Assembly (NCBI GenBank): GCA_040218735.1 | Contig: JAVJQW010000041.1 | Location: 96,001 to 160,000 of the forward strand | Source of the DNA: Deltaproteobacteria bacterium | Lineage (GTDB): Bacteria > Myxococcota > Kuafuiibacteriia > Kuafuiibacteriales > Kuafuiibacteriaceae | DNA length: 64,000 nucleotides | Direction of reading: 5' to 3' | Shown here: positions 48,814-56,859 of the stretch, one piece after another | Layout: every line of letters starts with the position of its first letter | Numbering within the stretch: position 1 is the first letter of the stretch | Notes under the pieces: model-generated | Seen by the model: only the letters and a program-made list of their open reading frames with translations | Told to the model about the DNA's origin: nothing | The model's database searches: none | Made by a program: the position numbers and the translations under genes

Positions 48814-49454
48814 AGCGCTGCTCCCGCCTCGCCCTCTTTGCGGTCGTCACGGCTTCGGTGCTGGGCGCGTGCAAGGGCGAGTCGGGGCCGTCGGGGAACC
48901 CGGGTTCGGTCGGTGCGCCCGGCGCGGACGGACCGGCGGGACCGCCCGGGGCGATGGGCCCCGCGGGGCCGACGGGCCTGGCAGGCCTCGACGGCCTCGA
49001 AGGCGGCACGCCCTACCTGCTCACCAACCCGCTCGAGGGTGTCATCCAGTTCGGCGACGGTGCGCAGGTGGTCGACCTCGGGTCGGTGGACCTCGTCCCC
49101 GCCCAGGACGGCGCGTACCTGGTGCGCGTCCACTACCGGGGCACCGTAGCGAAGCGGGATCAGACGGGATTTTGTCGGGTGAGCGTCACCGTCCTCCAGG
49201 ATGGGATGCCGGGGCCGCTCCTCGAAGAGCTCGTCGGCGTGCACGGAGCGCCCGTCGCGGGGCGGCTGGAGCTGTCGGTCGGCGGGACGATGCAGACGCT
49301 CGTGCAGGCGATCGCCGGGGTGCCGATGACCGTCCGGGTGCAGATCCAACGGTTCGACGACAACTGCGCGGACGGCGCCGGACCGGAGCAGATCGCCCGG
49401 ATCGCAGCGCAGGTCGACGCGACCTTCCACCGCTTCGCGCTCCAGGCCGAATGA
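48810..49454 (+). CDS. Collagen-like lipoprotein
   Basis: ATGA overlap with prs; VLGAC lipobox; 14 consecutive Gly-X-Y triplets; beta-rich C-terminal domain. Confidence 0.8.
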   Translation: MKRCSRLALFAVVTASVLGACKGESGPSGNPGSVGAPGADGPAGPPGAMGPAGPTGLAGLDGLEGGTPYLLTNPLEGVIQFGDGAQVVDLGSVDLVPAQDGAYLVRVHYRGTVAKRDQTGFCRVSVTVLQDGMPGPLLEELVGVHGAPVAGRLELSVGGTMQTLVQAIAGVPMTVRVQIQRFDDNCADGAGPEQIARIAAQVDATFHRFALQAE

Positions 49455-49458
49455 TCGA

Positions 49459-49487
49459 TTGACGACCTCGATGGTGCGTGCTACCTG
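49459..49487 (+). promoter_or_regulatory. sigma70-type promoter for rplY
   Basis: TTGACG-17 nt-TACCTG with TGn extension. Confidence 0.45.
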
Positions 49488-49500
49488 CGCCCACTCCGCG

Positions 49501-50142
49501 ATGGAACACGAGGTCTTGCAAGTCGAAACACGTACCACGGGCAAGAAGGGCCTCGCGCGCAAGATGCGTGCGGCCGGCCGTGTGCCTGGGGTTCTGTACG
49601 GGCACAAGGAAGCGCCGGTGCACCTTTCGGTGGACCCGCGCGCCATGTCCAGGAGCATTCGCTCGACGGGTAAGGGCACCAACACCTTGTTCAAGGTGGA
49701 GGGCCTCGACCGTGAGGTGCTCGCGCTCGTCAAGGACGCGCAGATTCACCCCGTGAAGCGCAACCTCCTGCACGTCGATCTGATCGAGGTGCGGGACGGC
49801 GATCGCCTCGTCGTGGAAGTGCCGCTCGAGTTCAAGGGCAAGCCGGCTGGTGTCGTGCTGGGTGGTGCCCTCGAGATCGCGCGGCGCACGGTGAAGCTCG
49901 ACGTGAGCCCGCTCGCGGTGCCCACGTCGGTGACGGTCAATCTCGAGCCGCTCAAGATCGGCGACAACCTCCACGTCAGCGACCTCACGCTGCCGGAGGG
50001 GACGTCGGCTCCTGATCCGCGGCTAGCGGTCTGCGCCGTGAAGGCGCCGAAGCGCGAGGAGACCACAGAGACGGCAGAGGGCGAGGAAGGCGAAGAAGGC
50101 GCCGCGCCCGCTGCGGAGTCGGCGACCGCCGCCGACTCCTGA
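49501..50142 (+). CDS. rplY: 50S ribosomal protein L25/Ctc
   Basis: R..G.VPGVLYG, KD.Q.HPV...LHVD, long CTC-type C-terminal domain. Confidence 0.95.
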   Translation: MEHEVLQVETRTTGKKGLARKMRAAGRVPGVLYGHKEAPVHLSVDPRAMSRSIRSTGKGTNTLFKVEGLDREVLALVKDAQIHPVKRNLLHVDLIEVRDGDRLVVEVPLEFKGKPAGVVLGGALEIARRTVKLDVSPLAVPTSVTVNLEPLKIGDNLHVSDLTLPEGTSAPDPRLAVCAVKAPKREETTETAEGEEGEEGAAPAAESATAADS

Positions 50143-50157
50143 TTCAGGTTCGTCGTC

Positions 50158-50826
50158 GTGTGGCTCGTGGTGGGGCTCGGGAATCCGGGCCGCGAGTACG
50201 AGGACACACGGCACAACGTGGGTTTCAAAGTGGTGGAGGCGCTCGCCGACAGGGCGGACGCCGGGATCTTTCAAAAGAAGTTCAGAGCGCGCACGGCCCG
50301 CGCGACGATCGGCGGTCAGGATGTCTGGCTGCTCAAACCGGAGACGTTCATGAACCTCTCCGGCGAGTCGGTGGGTCCCGCTACCGGGTTCTTCAAGATC
50401 CCGACCTCGAACGTGATCGTCGTTCACGACGACATGGACATCGAGCTCGGGTCGGTGAAGCTCAAGCAGGGTGGCGGACACGGCGGGCACAATGGCCTTC
50501 GGAGCTTGAAGGCCCACCTCCCGGACGATGGATTCCTCCGGGTTCGGGTCGGCGTGAGTCGGCCGCCGCCGCAATGGGACCCGGCTGATTGGGTCCTCAG
50601 TCCCTTCCACCGCGAGGAGGAAGAGGCCCTCGGGCGTGCTCTGAAAGAGGCCGCGGGTGCGGTCTCGACGATTCTCCGCCAAGGCATGGCCAAGGCGATG
50701 AATCGCTACAACCGCACCCCGAAGAAGCGGGCGAAGAAGCCCGGAGACGAAACGCAGGCAGCGCCGCCGAATGACGGGGCCGTCGAAGACAACGAAGCGA
50801 AGGCTGAAAGAGATACGAAGTCATGA
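50158..50826 (+). CDS. pth: Peptidyl-tRNA hydrolase
   Basis: LVVGLGNPG, TRHNVGF, KPETFMNLSG, HDD, GGHNGLRS. Confidence 0.97.
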   Translation: MWLVVGLGNPGREYEDTRHNVGFKVVEALADRADAGIFQKKFRARTARATIGGQDVWLLKPETFMNLSGESVGPATGFFKIPTSNVIVVHDDMDIELGSVKLKQGGGHGGHNGLRSLKAHLPDDGFLRVRVGVSRPPPQWDPADWVLSPFHREEEEALGRALKEAAGAVSTILRQGMAKAMNRYNRTPKKRAKKPGDETQAAPPNDGAVEDNEAKAERDTKS

Positions 50827-51254
50827 GCGAAGCGCTGGGAAATCTCCGAGAGTACGAGACGGTGTTCGTCGTGAACCCCGAACTGACCGAAGACGCCCTG
50901 AATTCTGACGTCCTGGACCGCCTGAAGGGTGTCCTGGAGAAGAAGGGCGCCGAGCTCCTTCGCGAGGACGTCTGGGGCAAGAAGAAGATGGCCTTCGAGG
51001 TCAACAAGAACCCCCGCGGCAACTACATCCTGTTCCACTACGTGGGCACGGTCGGCGTCGTCGAAGAGCTCGAGCGCATCATGCGCAACGCCGAGCACGT
51101 GTCCCGCTTCATGACCACGCTCCACGGCGACGTCGCGGACGTCAACGCCAAGCGCGCCGAGGTCGAGAAGATGGTCGAAGAGCGCGCGCAGAAGGCCCGT
51201 GAAGAGGCCGAGCGTGCCGCCAAGGAAGCCGCCGAGGGCGGCGAAGAGGAGTAG
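50823..51254 (+). CDS. rpsF: 30S ribosomal protein S6
   Basis: REYETVFVVNP, WGKKKMAFEV.K...GNY, ELER. Confidence 0.95.
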   Translation: MSEALGNLREYETVFVVNPELTEDALNSDVLDRLKGVLEKKGAELLREDVWGKKKMAFEVNKNPRGNYILFHYVGTVGVVEELERIMRNAEHVSRFMTTLHGDVADVNAKRAEVEKMVEERAQKAREEAERAAKEAAEGGEEE

Positions 51255-51260
51255 CTCGCC

Positions 51261-51947
51261 ATGATGAAGGTCATCCTCCGTGAAGACGTGCCGAACCTCG
51301 GCGTGGTCGGTGACATGGTCACCGTGCGCGACGGTTACGGCCGCAACTATCTCATCCCTCAGGGCAAGGCGATCTTCGCTTCGGTGAAGTCGATCGCGCA
51401 GCTCGACCACCAAAAGCGCCTCGCCGCGCACCACCGCAAGCAGGCGACCAAGGACGCCGAGGTGGGCAAGCAGAAGATCGAGGGGCTCTCGGTCGTGATG
51501 CAGGCGAAGGTCGCGCCGCCGCAGCTGGACGACGAGGGCGAACCGATCATCGAGACGCTTCAGAAGTTGTTCGGGACGATCACCACGCGCGACATCGCGA
51601 AGGTGGTGAGCGACTCCGGGACGAAGGTCGACCACCGTCGCGTGACGATCACGACGCCGGTGCGCACCGTCGGTAAGTTCTCCGCGTTGGTGCGCCTCGA
51701 CGGCGGCATCATCGCGACGCTCCCCTTCTGGGTCGTGCCGGAGGGAACGTCGGACCTCGAGGCCGGCAAGAAGAACGTGGAGCAGGCGCAGATCGACGCG
51801 AAGCGCGAGGCCGAAGAGGCCCAGGCCGCCGAGGCCGCGAAGCTCGCCGCCGCGCGGGCCGCCGCGGACGCGGAGGCCGAAGCCGCGAACGCCGCCGAGG
51901 AAGAAGGCGACGCCGAAGCCTCGGACGACGCCGAAGCCGACGCCTGA
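51261..51947 (+). CDS. rplI: 50S ribosomal protein L9
   Basis: MKVILREDV.NLG..GD.V.V.DGYGRNYLIPQG.A, KLFG.IT. Confidence 0.95.
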   Translation: MMKVILREDVPNLGVVGDMVTVRDGYGRNYLIPQGKAIFASVKSIAQLDHQKRLAAHHRKQATKDAEVGKQKIEGLSVVMQAKVAPPQLDDEGEPIIETLQKLFGTITTRDIAKVVSDSGTKVDHRRVTITTPVRTVGKFSALVRLDGGIIATLPFWVVPEGTSDLEAGKKNVEQAQIDAKREAEEAQAAEAAKLAAARAAADAEAEAANAAEEEGDAEASDDAEADA

Positions 51948-51988
51948 TCTTCGAGGCACGCGACTCGGGCAAGACCCGACGCATCCGC

Positions 51989-52032
51989 AAAAAACGAAAG
52001 GCCGGCGTTTGGAACGCCGGCCTTTTTGTTTT
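51989..52032 (+). terminator. Rho-independent terminator (possibly bidirectional)
   Basis: AAAGGCCGGCGTT-TGG-AACGCCGGCCTTT followed by TTGTTTT, with an A-run upstream. Confidence 0.85.
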
Positions 52033-52085
52033 GGGCAGGGTTGCTCGACCGCGCCCACGTCGACAGAGTGAGCGGCCTTCCTTCC

Positions 52086-53561
52086 ATGCATCCTTCCGAC
52101 GAGCCGCCGCCCCACGTCTACGATGAAGGCCCGCCCCCCGGACTGGACATGGGCCCCGAGGATCCGCGCGGGCCTCCGCGCGGCGGTGGGTCCAAGGGGC
52201 GCAAGGGTGGAGGGCCGCCGGCGCGCGGACCGATGGGGCGCGTCCCGCCGCAGGACCTCGACGCCGAGCGCGCCGTGCTCGGGTCGGTGCTGCTGACCAA
52301 CGACTCGATCAACGTCGCGGTCGAGCTGCTCGGGCCGGACGACTTCTATCGACCGGGCCACCGCATGGTCTACGCGGCGATGACGGAGCTGTCGCAGAAG
52401 GGCGAGCCCGTCGATGCGGTGACGTTGTCGTCGCACCTCAAGGCGCGCGATGAGCTGGACTCGGCCGGCGGCATCGAAGGGATCATCGCGCTCGCGGAGA
52501 CCGTCGCGACGGCGGCGAACATCAAGTACTACGCCGAGATCGTCAAAAAGAAGTCGACGCTGCGGAAGCTGATCGAGGCGGCGACGCAGATCGTCGCGGA
52601 GGCGTACGACACGTCGGACCCGGACGGCGCGGTCGACGAAGCCGAGCGCCAGATCTTCGAGATCGCGAAGACGAAGTCGAAGGGCGGCATCACGCCGGTC
52701 TCCGAGATCGTCGTCGACGCGTTCCAGATGATCGAGAAGCGCGCGGACCAGCGTCAGGCGGTCACGGGCGTGCACACCGGCATCACGGACCTCGACCACA
52801 AGACGGCGGGGCTGCAGCCCTCGGACCTCATCATCGTGGCCGGTCGCCCCTCGATGGGTAAGACGGCCTTCTCGATCGGTATGGGGCTGCACGCCGCGGT
52901 CAACACCGGCAAGGCGCTCGCGATCTTCTCGCTGGAGATGTCGAAGGAGTCCCTCGTCATGCGTATGTTGTGCAGCGAGGGGCGCGTCGACTCGGCGCGT
53001 CTGCGTGGTGGCTTCCTGAACGAGGAGGACTGGCCGCGGCTCGGGCGCGCGGCGGGGCGGATCTCGGAGGCGCCGATCTACATCGACGACACCGGTGCGA
53101 TCTCCGTGCTCGAGGTGCGCGCGAAGTGTCGGCGGTTGGCGTCGGAGCACGGACTCGACGTCATCATCATCGACTACCTCCAGCTGATGCGCGGGAGCCC
53201 GAACTCCCAGAGCCGCGAGCAGGAGATCTCGGAGATCTCGCGTGGCCTCAAGGCGCTCGCGAAGGAGCTGAACGTCCCGGTGGTCGCGCTGTCGCAGCTG
53301 AACCGCGGCGTCGAGCAGCGCGTCGACAAGCGGCCTGGCCTGTCGGACCTTCGTGAGTCCGGCGCGATCGAGCAGGACGCGGACGTGATCATGTTCGTGT
53401 ACCGCGACGAGGTCTACAACCCGGAGACCGAGGACCGCGGCATCTCGGAGATCATCGTCGGTAAGCAGCGCAACGGTCCGATCGGGACCGTGCGCTGCCG
53501 CTTCTTCCACGAGTTCACGCGCTTCGACAATCTGACCGAGGAAGACCGCGCGGCGCCGTGA
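52086..53561 (+). CDS. dnaB: Replicative DNA helicase
   Basis: [59 protein letters not shown]; no intein. Confidence 0.97.
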   Translation: MHPSDEPPPHVYDEGPPPGLDMGPEDPRGPPRGGGSKGRKGGGPPARGPMGRVPPQDLDAERAVLGSVLLTNDSINVAVELLGPDDFYRPGHRMVYAAMTELSQKGEPVDAVTLSSHLKARDELDSAGGIEGIIALAETVATAANIKYYAEIVKKKSTLRKLIEAATQIVAEAYDTSDPDGAVDEAERQIFEIAKTKSKGGITPVSEIVVDAFQMIEKRADQRQAVTGVHTGITDLDHKTAGLQPSDLIIVAGRPSMGKTAFSIGMGLHAAVNTGKALAIFSLEMSKESLVMRMLCSEGRVDSARLRGGFLNEEDWPRLGRAAGRISEAPIYIDDTGAISVLEVRAKCRRLASEHGLDVIIIDYLQLMRGSPNSQSREQEISEISRGLKALAKELNVPVVALSQLNRGVEQRVDKRPGLSDLRESGAIEQDADVIMFVYRDEVYNPETEDRGISEIIVGKQRNGPIGTVRCRFFHEFTRFDNLTEEDRAAP

Positions 53562-53818
53562 GCGACGACGGCCTCGAGTGGTACGTCTACCTGCTGGAGT
53601 GCGCGGACGCGACGCTGTACTGCGGCGTCGCGAAGGACGTGGACCGTCGGATCGGTGAGCACAACGCGGGCAAGGGCGCCAAGTACACGCGCGGCCGTGC
53701 GCCGGTGAAGCTCGTCGCGAGCGCCGGTCCGATGCGCTGGGGGGACGCGCTGCGGATGGAGCGCGCGGTCAAGAAGTTGGACCGGCAAGACAAGGCGGCG
53801 GCGTTCGAAACGGGGTGA
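53558..53818 (+). CDS. GIY-YIG nuclease family protein (UPF0213-like)
   Basis: [25 protein letters not shown]. Confidence 0.9.
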   Translation: MSDDGLEWYVYLLECADATLYCGVAKDVDRRIGEHNAGKGAKYTRGRAPVKLVASAGPMRWGDALRMERAVKKLDRQDKAAAFETG

Positions 53819-53880
53819 GGGGCCGGACTTGGTCGGGCATTTGACGCGGTACCCCCATCCGGCGATCGTCGTCCGCGCCG

Positions 53881-55539
53881 ATGGCGTTCACCGTCCAATC
53901 GCGGCTGGGGAGGGGGCGCTCGGTCGAGACGTTCGCGGCGGTCCTGGAGATCGGCGGCGAGCGGCTGGACGTCGTCGTGAAGCGGGCGCGCCCCGAGTTC
54001 AAGAGCAACGACGCGTTCGAGCGAGCGCTCGAACAGTGGGGCAACACACAGAAGGACGCCGACCACGAGCACCTCGTCGCGGTCCTCGAAGCCGGGCGCA
54101 CGCCGGAGGGTGTGTACGTCATCCAGGAGAAGGTCGACGGCGCGGCGCTCGTGACGCTCCTGTCGATGTTGCGTCGTCGCAAGCGTACGTTGAAGCCGGA
54201 GTTTGCGCTGGTGGTCGCCGAGCAGGTCGCGTCGGCGCTCGCGTACCTGCACACGCAGGTCGGGACGGCGCACGGCGGGATCGATCCGGGGGAGGTGCTG
54301 CTCGGTTACGACGGCACCGTGAAGCTCGGGGACCAGAAGCTCCGCGAGCTCGACCAACACATCGGCAAGGACCTCCTCGAGGCCGACGATCGCACCGACT
54401 ACCTCTCACCCGAGCGGCAGCGCGGGGACCCGCCGTCCAAGAAGAGTGACCTGTACGCGTTCGCGCTGCTCGTGCTGGAGATGTTGATCGGACACCCGGT
54501 GTGGACCGCGGAGTCGATGACGGTCGACGGCACGCTGAACGCGCTGCGTGACTTCTCACCCGTCGGCCAGGCGAAGCCGGAGCTGACGAAGGCGCTCGTC
54601 GAAGTGATCGGCGGCTGTCTCGCGGAGCTCCCGGCGAAGCGCCCGATCTCCGCGCTCCCCGTCGCGGGCGCGATCGCGGACCTCAACGAACGCTACGGCA
54701 TCTCCGCGTCCGACGCGGGGCTCGGTAAGTTCGTCGAAGCGCTCGTGCCGCCGCCGGACGCCGAGGAGGCGCCGACGCAGATGGTCGACGCCGCGTTTGC
54801 GGCGGAGCTGGAGAAGAAACGCGACGAGCAGTTCGAAGGTGCATCCGTCGCGATCGACCCGGAGATCGAGCGGCAAGCTGGCTTGCCGAAGCGCGCGACG
54901 CCGCTACTGGGGCAGACCGTGGAGTTGGACCGCCTCGGTGGGCGAGGGGACACCGCGATCCCATCCCCCGCCGCGCCGAAGCCGGCGGAAGCGGCGCCGA
55001 AGTCGCTGCACGCCTTGGCGGCGGACAAGAAGCCGCCGTCCGCCCCGGCTCCAAAACCTGCGCCGGCCCCGAAGCCTGCACCTGCTCCCAAGCCGGCGCC
55101 CGCCCCGAGGCCTGCGCCGAAGGCTGCGGCCGCTCCGATGGCGCCGTCGCGCAAACGCGAGGTGTCGGTGCCGCAAGTGCACCGCGTCGCCGCGAAGGCG
55201 TCGTCGGAGCGCGACGAGGATCAGAAGAAGGTCCTGCAGATCGTCGGCGCGGTGATCGCGGTGGTGCTCGTCGCGATCGTCGCGATCGCCGCGCTGTCCG
55301 GGGAGGAGCGTACGATTCGTCTTCGTGCGACGTCGGCGCCGCCGGGCGCGGAGGTCTACGAGGAAGAGGCGAACCGCCTCTTGGGGCGGACGCCCGTGGA
55401 GACGGACGTGGTGATCGACGGGGAGCTCATGAAGCTGCGCTTCGAGCTGGAGGGCTACCAGGTCCACCGCGTGACGATCGGGAGCGAGAGCGGTGAGGTT
55501 CGCTACGAAGCGAAGATGACATCGGTCGGGACGCCGTGA
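53881..55539 (+). CDS. Membrane Ser/Thr kinase-like protein (predicted pseudokinase) with PEGA domain
   Basis: Kinase-fold motifs VVVK, YLSPE, KSDLYAFA with degenerate catalytic loop; KPAPAP repeats; TM; SAPPGAEV..GRTP PEGA. Confidence 0.8.
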   Translation: MAFTVQSRLGRGRSVETFAAVLEIGGERLDVVVKRARPEFKSNDAFERALEQWGNTQKDADHEHLVAVLEAGRTPEGVYVIQEKVDGAALVTLLSMLRRRKRTLKPEFALVVAEQVASALAYLHTQVGTAHGGIDPGEVLLGYDGTVKLGDQKLRELDQHIGKDLLEADDRTDYLSPERQRGDPPSKKSDLYAFALLVLEMLIGHPVWTAESMTVDGTLNALRDFSPVGQAKPELTKALVEVIGGCLAELPAKRPISALPVAGAIADLNERYGISASDAGLGKFVEALVPPPDAEEAPTQMVDAAFAAELEKKRDEQFEGASVAIDPEIERQAGLPKRATPLLGQTVELDRLGGRGDTAIPSPAAPKPAEAAPKSLHALAADKKPPSAPAPKPAPAPKPAPAPKPAPAPRPAPKAAAAPMAPSRKREVSVPQVHRVAAKASSERDEDQKKVLQIVGAVIAVVLVAIVAIAALSGEERTIRLRATSAPPGAEVYEEEANRLLGRTPVETDVVIDGELMKLRFELEGYQVHRVTIGSESGEVRYEAKMTSVGTP

Positions 55540-56744
55540 AGATCTATCGCGTCGCCACCGGGCGCACGATCGCGCCGTTCGGTGACCTCGCGCGTGACCT
55601 GTTCATCGGCACGCAGACCCTCGCGGCGTGGCACGAGGCTGCGGCGCAGGCGACGGGCCTCGAGCTGGTGGACGTCGACGACTGGTCCGAGGTCGTCGCG
55701 CCCGCGTACGCGTTCGCGGACGACGTGTGGTTCACGGAGATGGTGCTGAGGCACTTCGTCGCGGACACGATGAAGGCGAAGACTTCGTCGCGCCTCGCGC
55801 TCGACAAGTCCCTCGTCACCGAGCTGTGCGAGCCGCTCCAGGACGCACACGTCGACGGTGATCGTGTCGGCTTCGACGTGTTCTTCTGTGCGGCGGATCC
55901 GGAACAGCTCGAAGGTGCGCCGATGCACGTGGTGAAGGCGCGCGAGATGAAGTCCGAGATTCGGCTCCCGCCGTCCGCGATCGCGGGCGAGGGACGGAGC
56001 CGCGATCGCGCGGTGCCGCTCACCGCGCGTGTCGTCGCCAACGTTCGGCACTGGATCCACCTGCTGAAGCTGTCGCAGCTGTCGATCGGCGTCTCGATCA
56101 TCGATGCGCTTCGGCGGGAGCCGCGGCTGATGCTGAAGCTGCGCCTGATGCGGAACAAAGATCCGTGGGAGCTCGGTCCGCACTTGCGGTTCGTGCACCC
56201 GACGGCGCGCGTGCATCCGACGGCGCACATCGAGTCGTCGGTCGTCGGGCCGAACGTGGTGATCGAGGCGCACGCGCACGTGCACCGATCGGTGATCGGC
56301 GCGAACGTCCGGCTCGGCGATCACGCGGCGGTCATGGGCTGCACACTCGCGGACGGCGTTCAGGTGCTGCGCGGATCGTACCTCGCGCACTGTGTGTCGA
56401 TGCCGGACGCGACGCTCGCGAGCTACAAGGTGCAGCTGTCGCTGTTCGGGCGGGAGGTGTTCCTGACCTCGTCGGCCTGGTTGATCGACGCGAAGCTGGT
56501 CGGGGAGGTCGCCGTGAAGTCCGACGCCGGATTGGTCCCCGTGGGGCCGTTCTTGGGGTGCTGCCTCGGTCACCGGGTAACCCTGGGCGCGCAAGTCGCG
56601 ATTCAGGCGGGGCGTGCGGTTCCGAACGGCTTGACCATCGTGGGTCCGCCGGAGCATTTCCTCTCCCATGTCGAGGCACTGCCGGAGGGAACGGTTCTCG
56701 CAGTGCGAGGCGGTCGTGCAGAGCCGATCGGCGGGGGCGGATAG
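55536..56744 (+). CDS. Hexapeptide-repeat (left-handed beta-helix) protein, GlmU/LpxD-like
   Basis: VHPTAR-VHPTAH-IESSVV-GPNVVI repeats; GTGA overlap with the upstream gene. Confidence 0.7.
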   Translation: MKIYRVATGRTIAPFGDLARDLFIGTQTLAAWHEAAAQATGLELVDVDDWSEVVAPAYAFADDVWFTEMVLRHFVADTMKAKTSSRLALDKSLVTELCEPLQDAHVDGDRVGFDVFFCAADPEQLEGAPMHVVKAREMKSEIRLPPSAIAGEGRSRDRAVPLTARVVANVRHWIHLLKLSQLSIGVSIIDALRREPRLMLKLRLMRNKDPWELGPHLRFVHPTARVHPTAHIESSVVGPNVVIEAHAHVHRSVIGANVRLGDHAAVMGCTLADGVQVLRGSYLAHCVSMPDATLASYKVQLSLFGREVFLTSSAWLIDAKLVGEVAVKSDAGLVPVGPFLGCCLGHRVTLGAQVAIQAGRAVPNGLTIVGPPEHFLSHVEALPEGTVLAVRGGRAEPIGGGG

Positions 56745-56780
56745 GGGCCCCTCCGGGGCACGGAGCGGGGACGGGTTCCC

Positions 56781-56823
56781 CATCGGATCTTCGTCCGATC
56801 TCCCAGATCCGATGAAGTACAAT
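56781..56823 (+). promoter_or_regulatory. Inverted repeat next to a -10 element
   Basis: CATCGGATCT-14 nt-AGATCCGATG (56781-56814), then TACAAT at 56818-56823. Confidence 0.45.
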
Positions 56824-56859
56824 CATCCCTGCCGGGGCGGGGGCTTAGGAAGTGACGAC

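Noticed and set aside
50706-53510. 934-aa minus-strand ORF
   Set aside because: Antisense to rpsF, rplI and dnaB, which are unambiguous on the plus strand.
55030-55135. 18-bp-period repeats
   Set aside because: They encode the KPAPAP linker of the pseudokinase and vary at synonymous positions.
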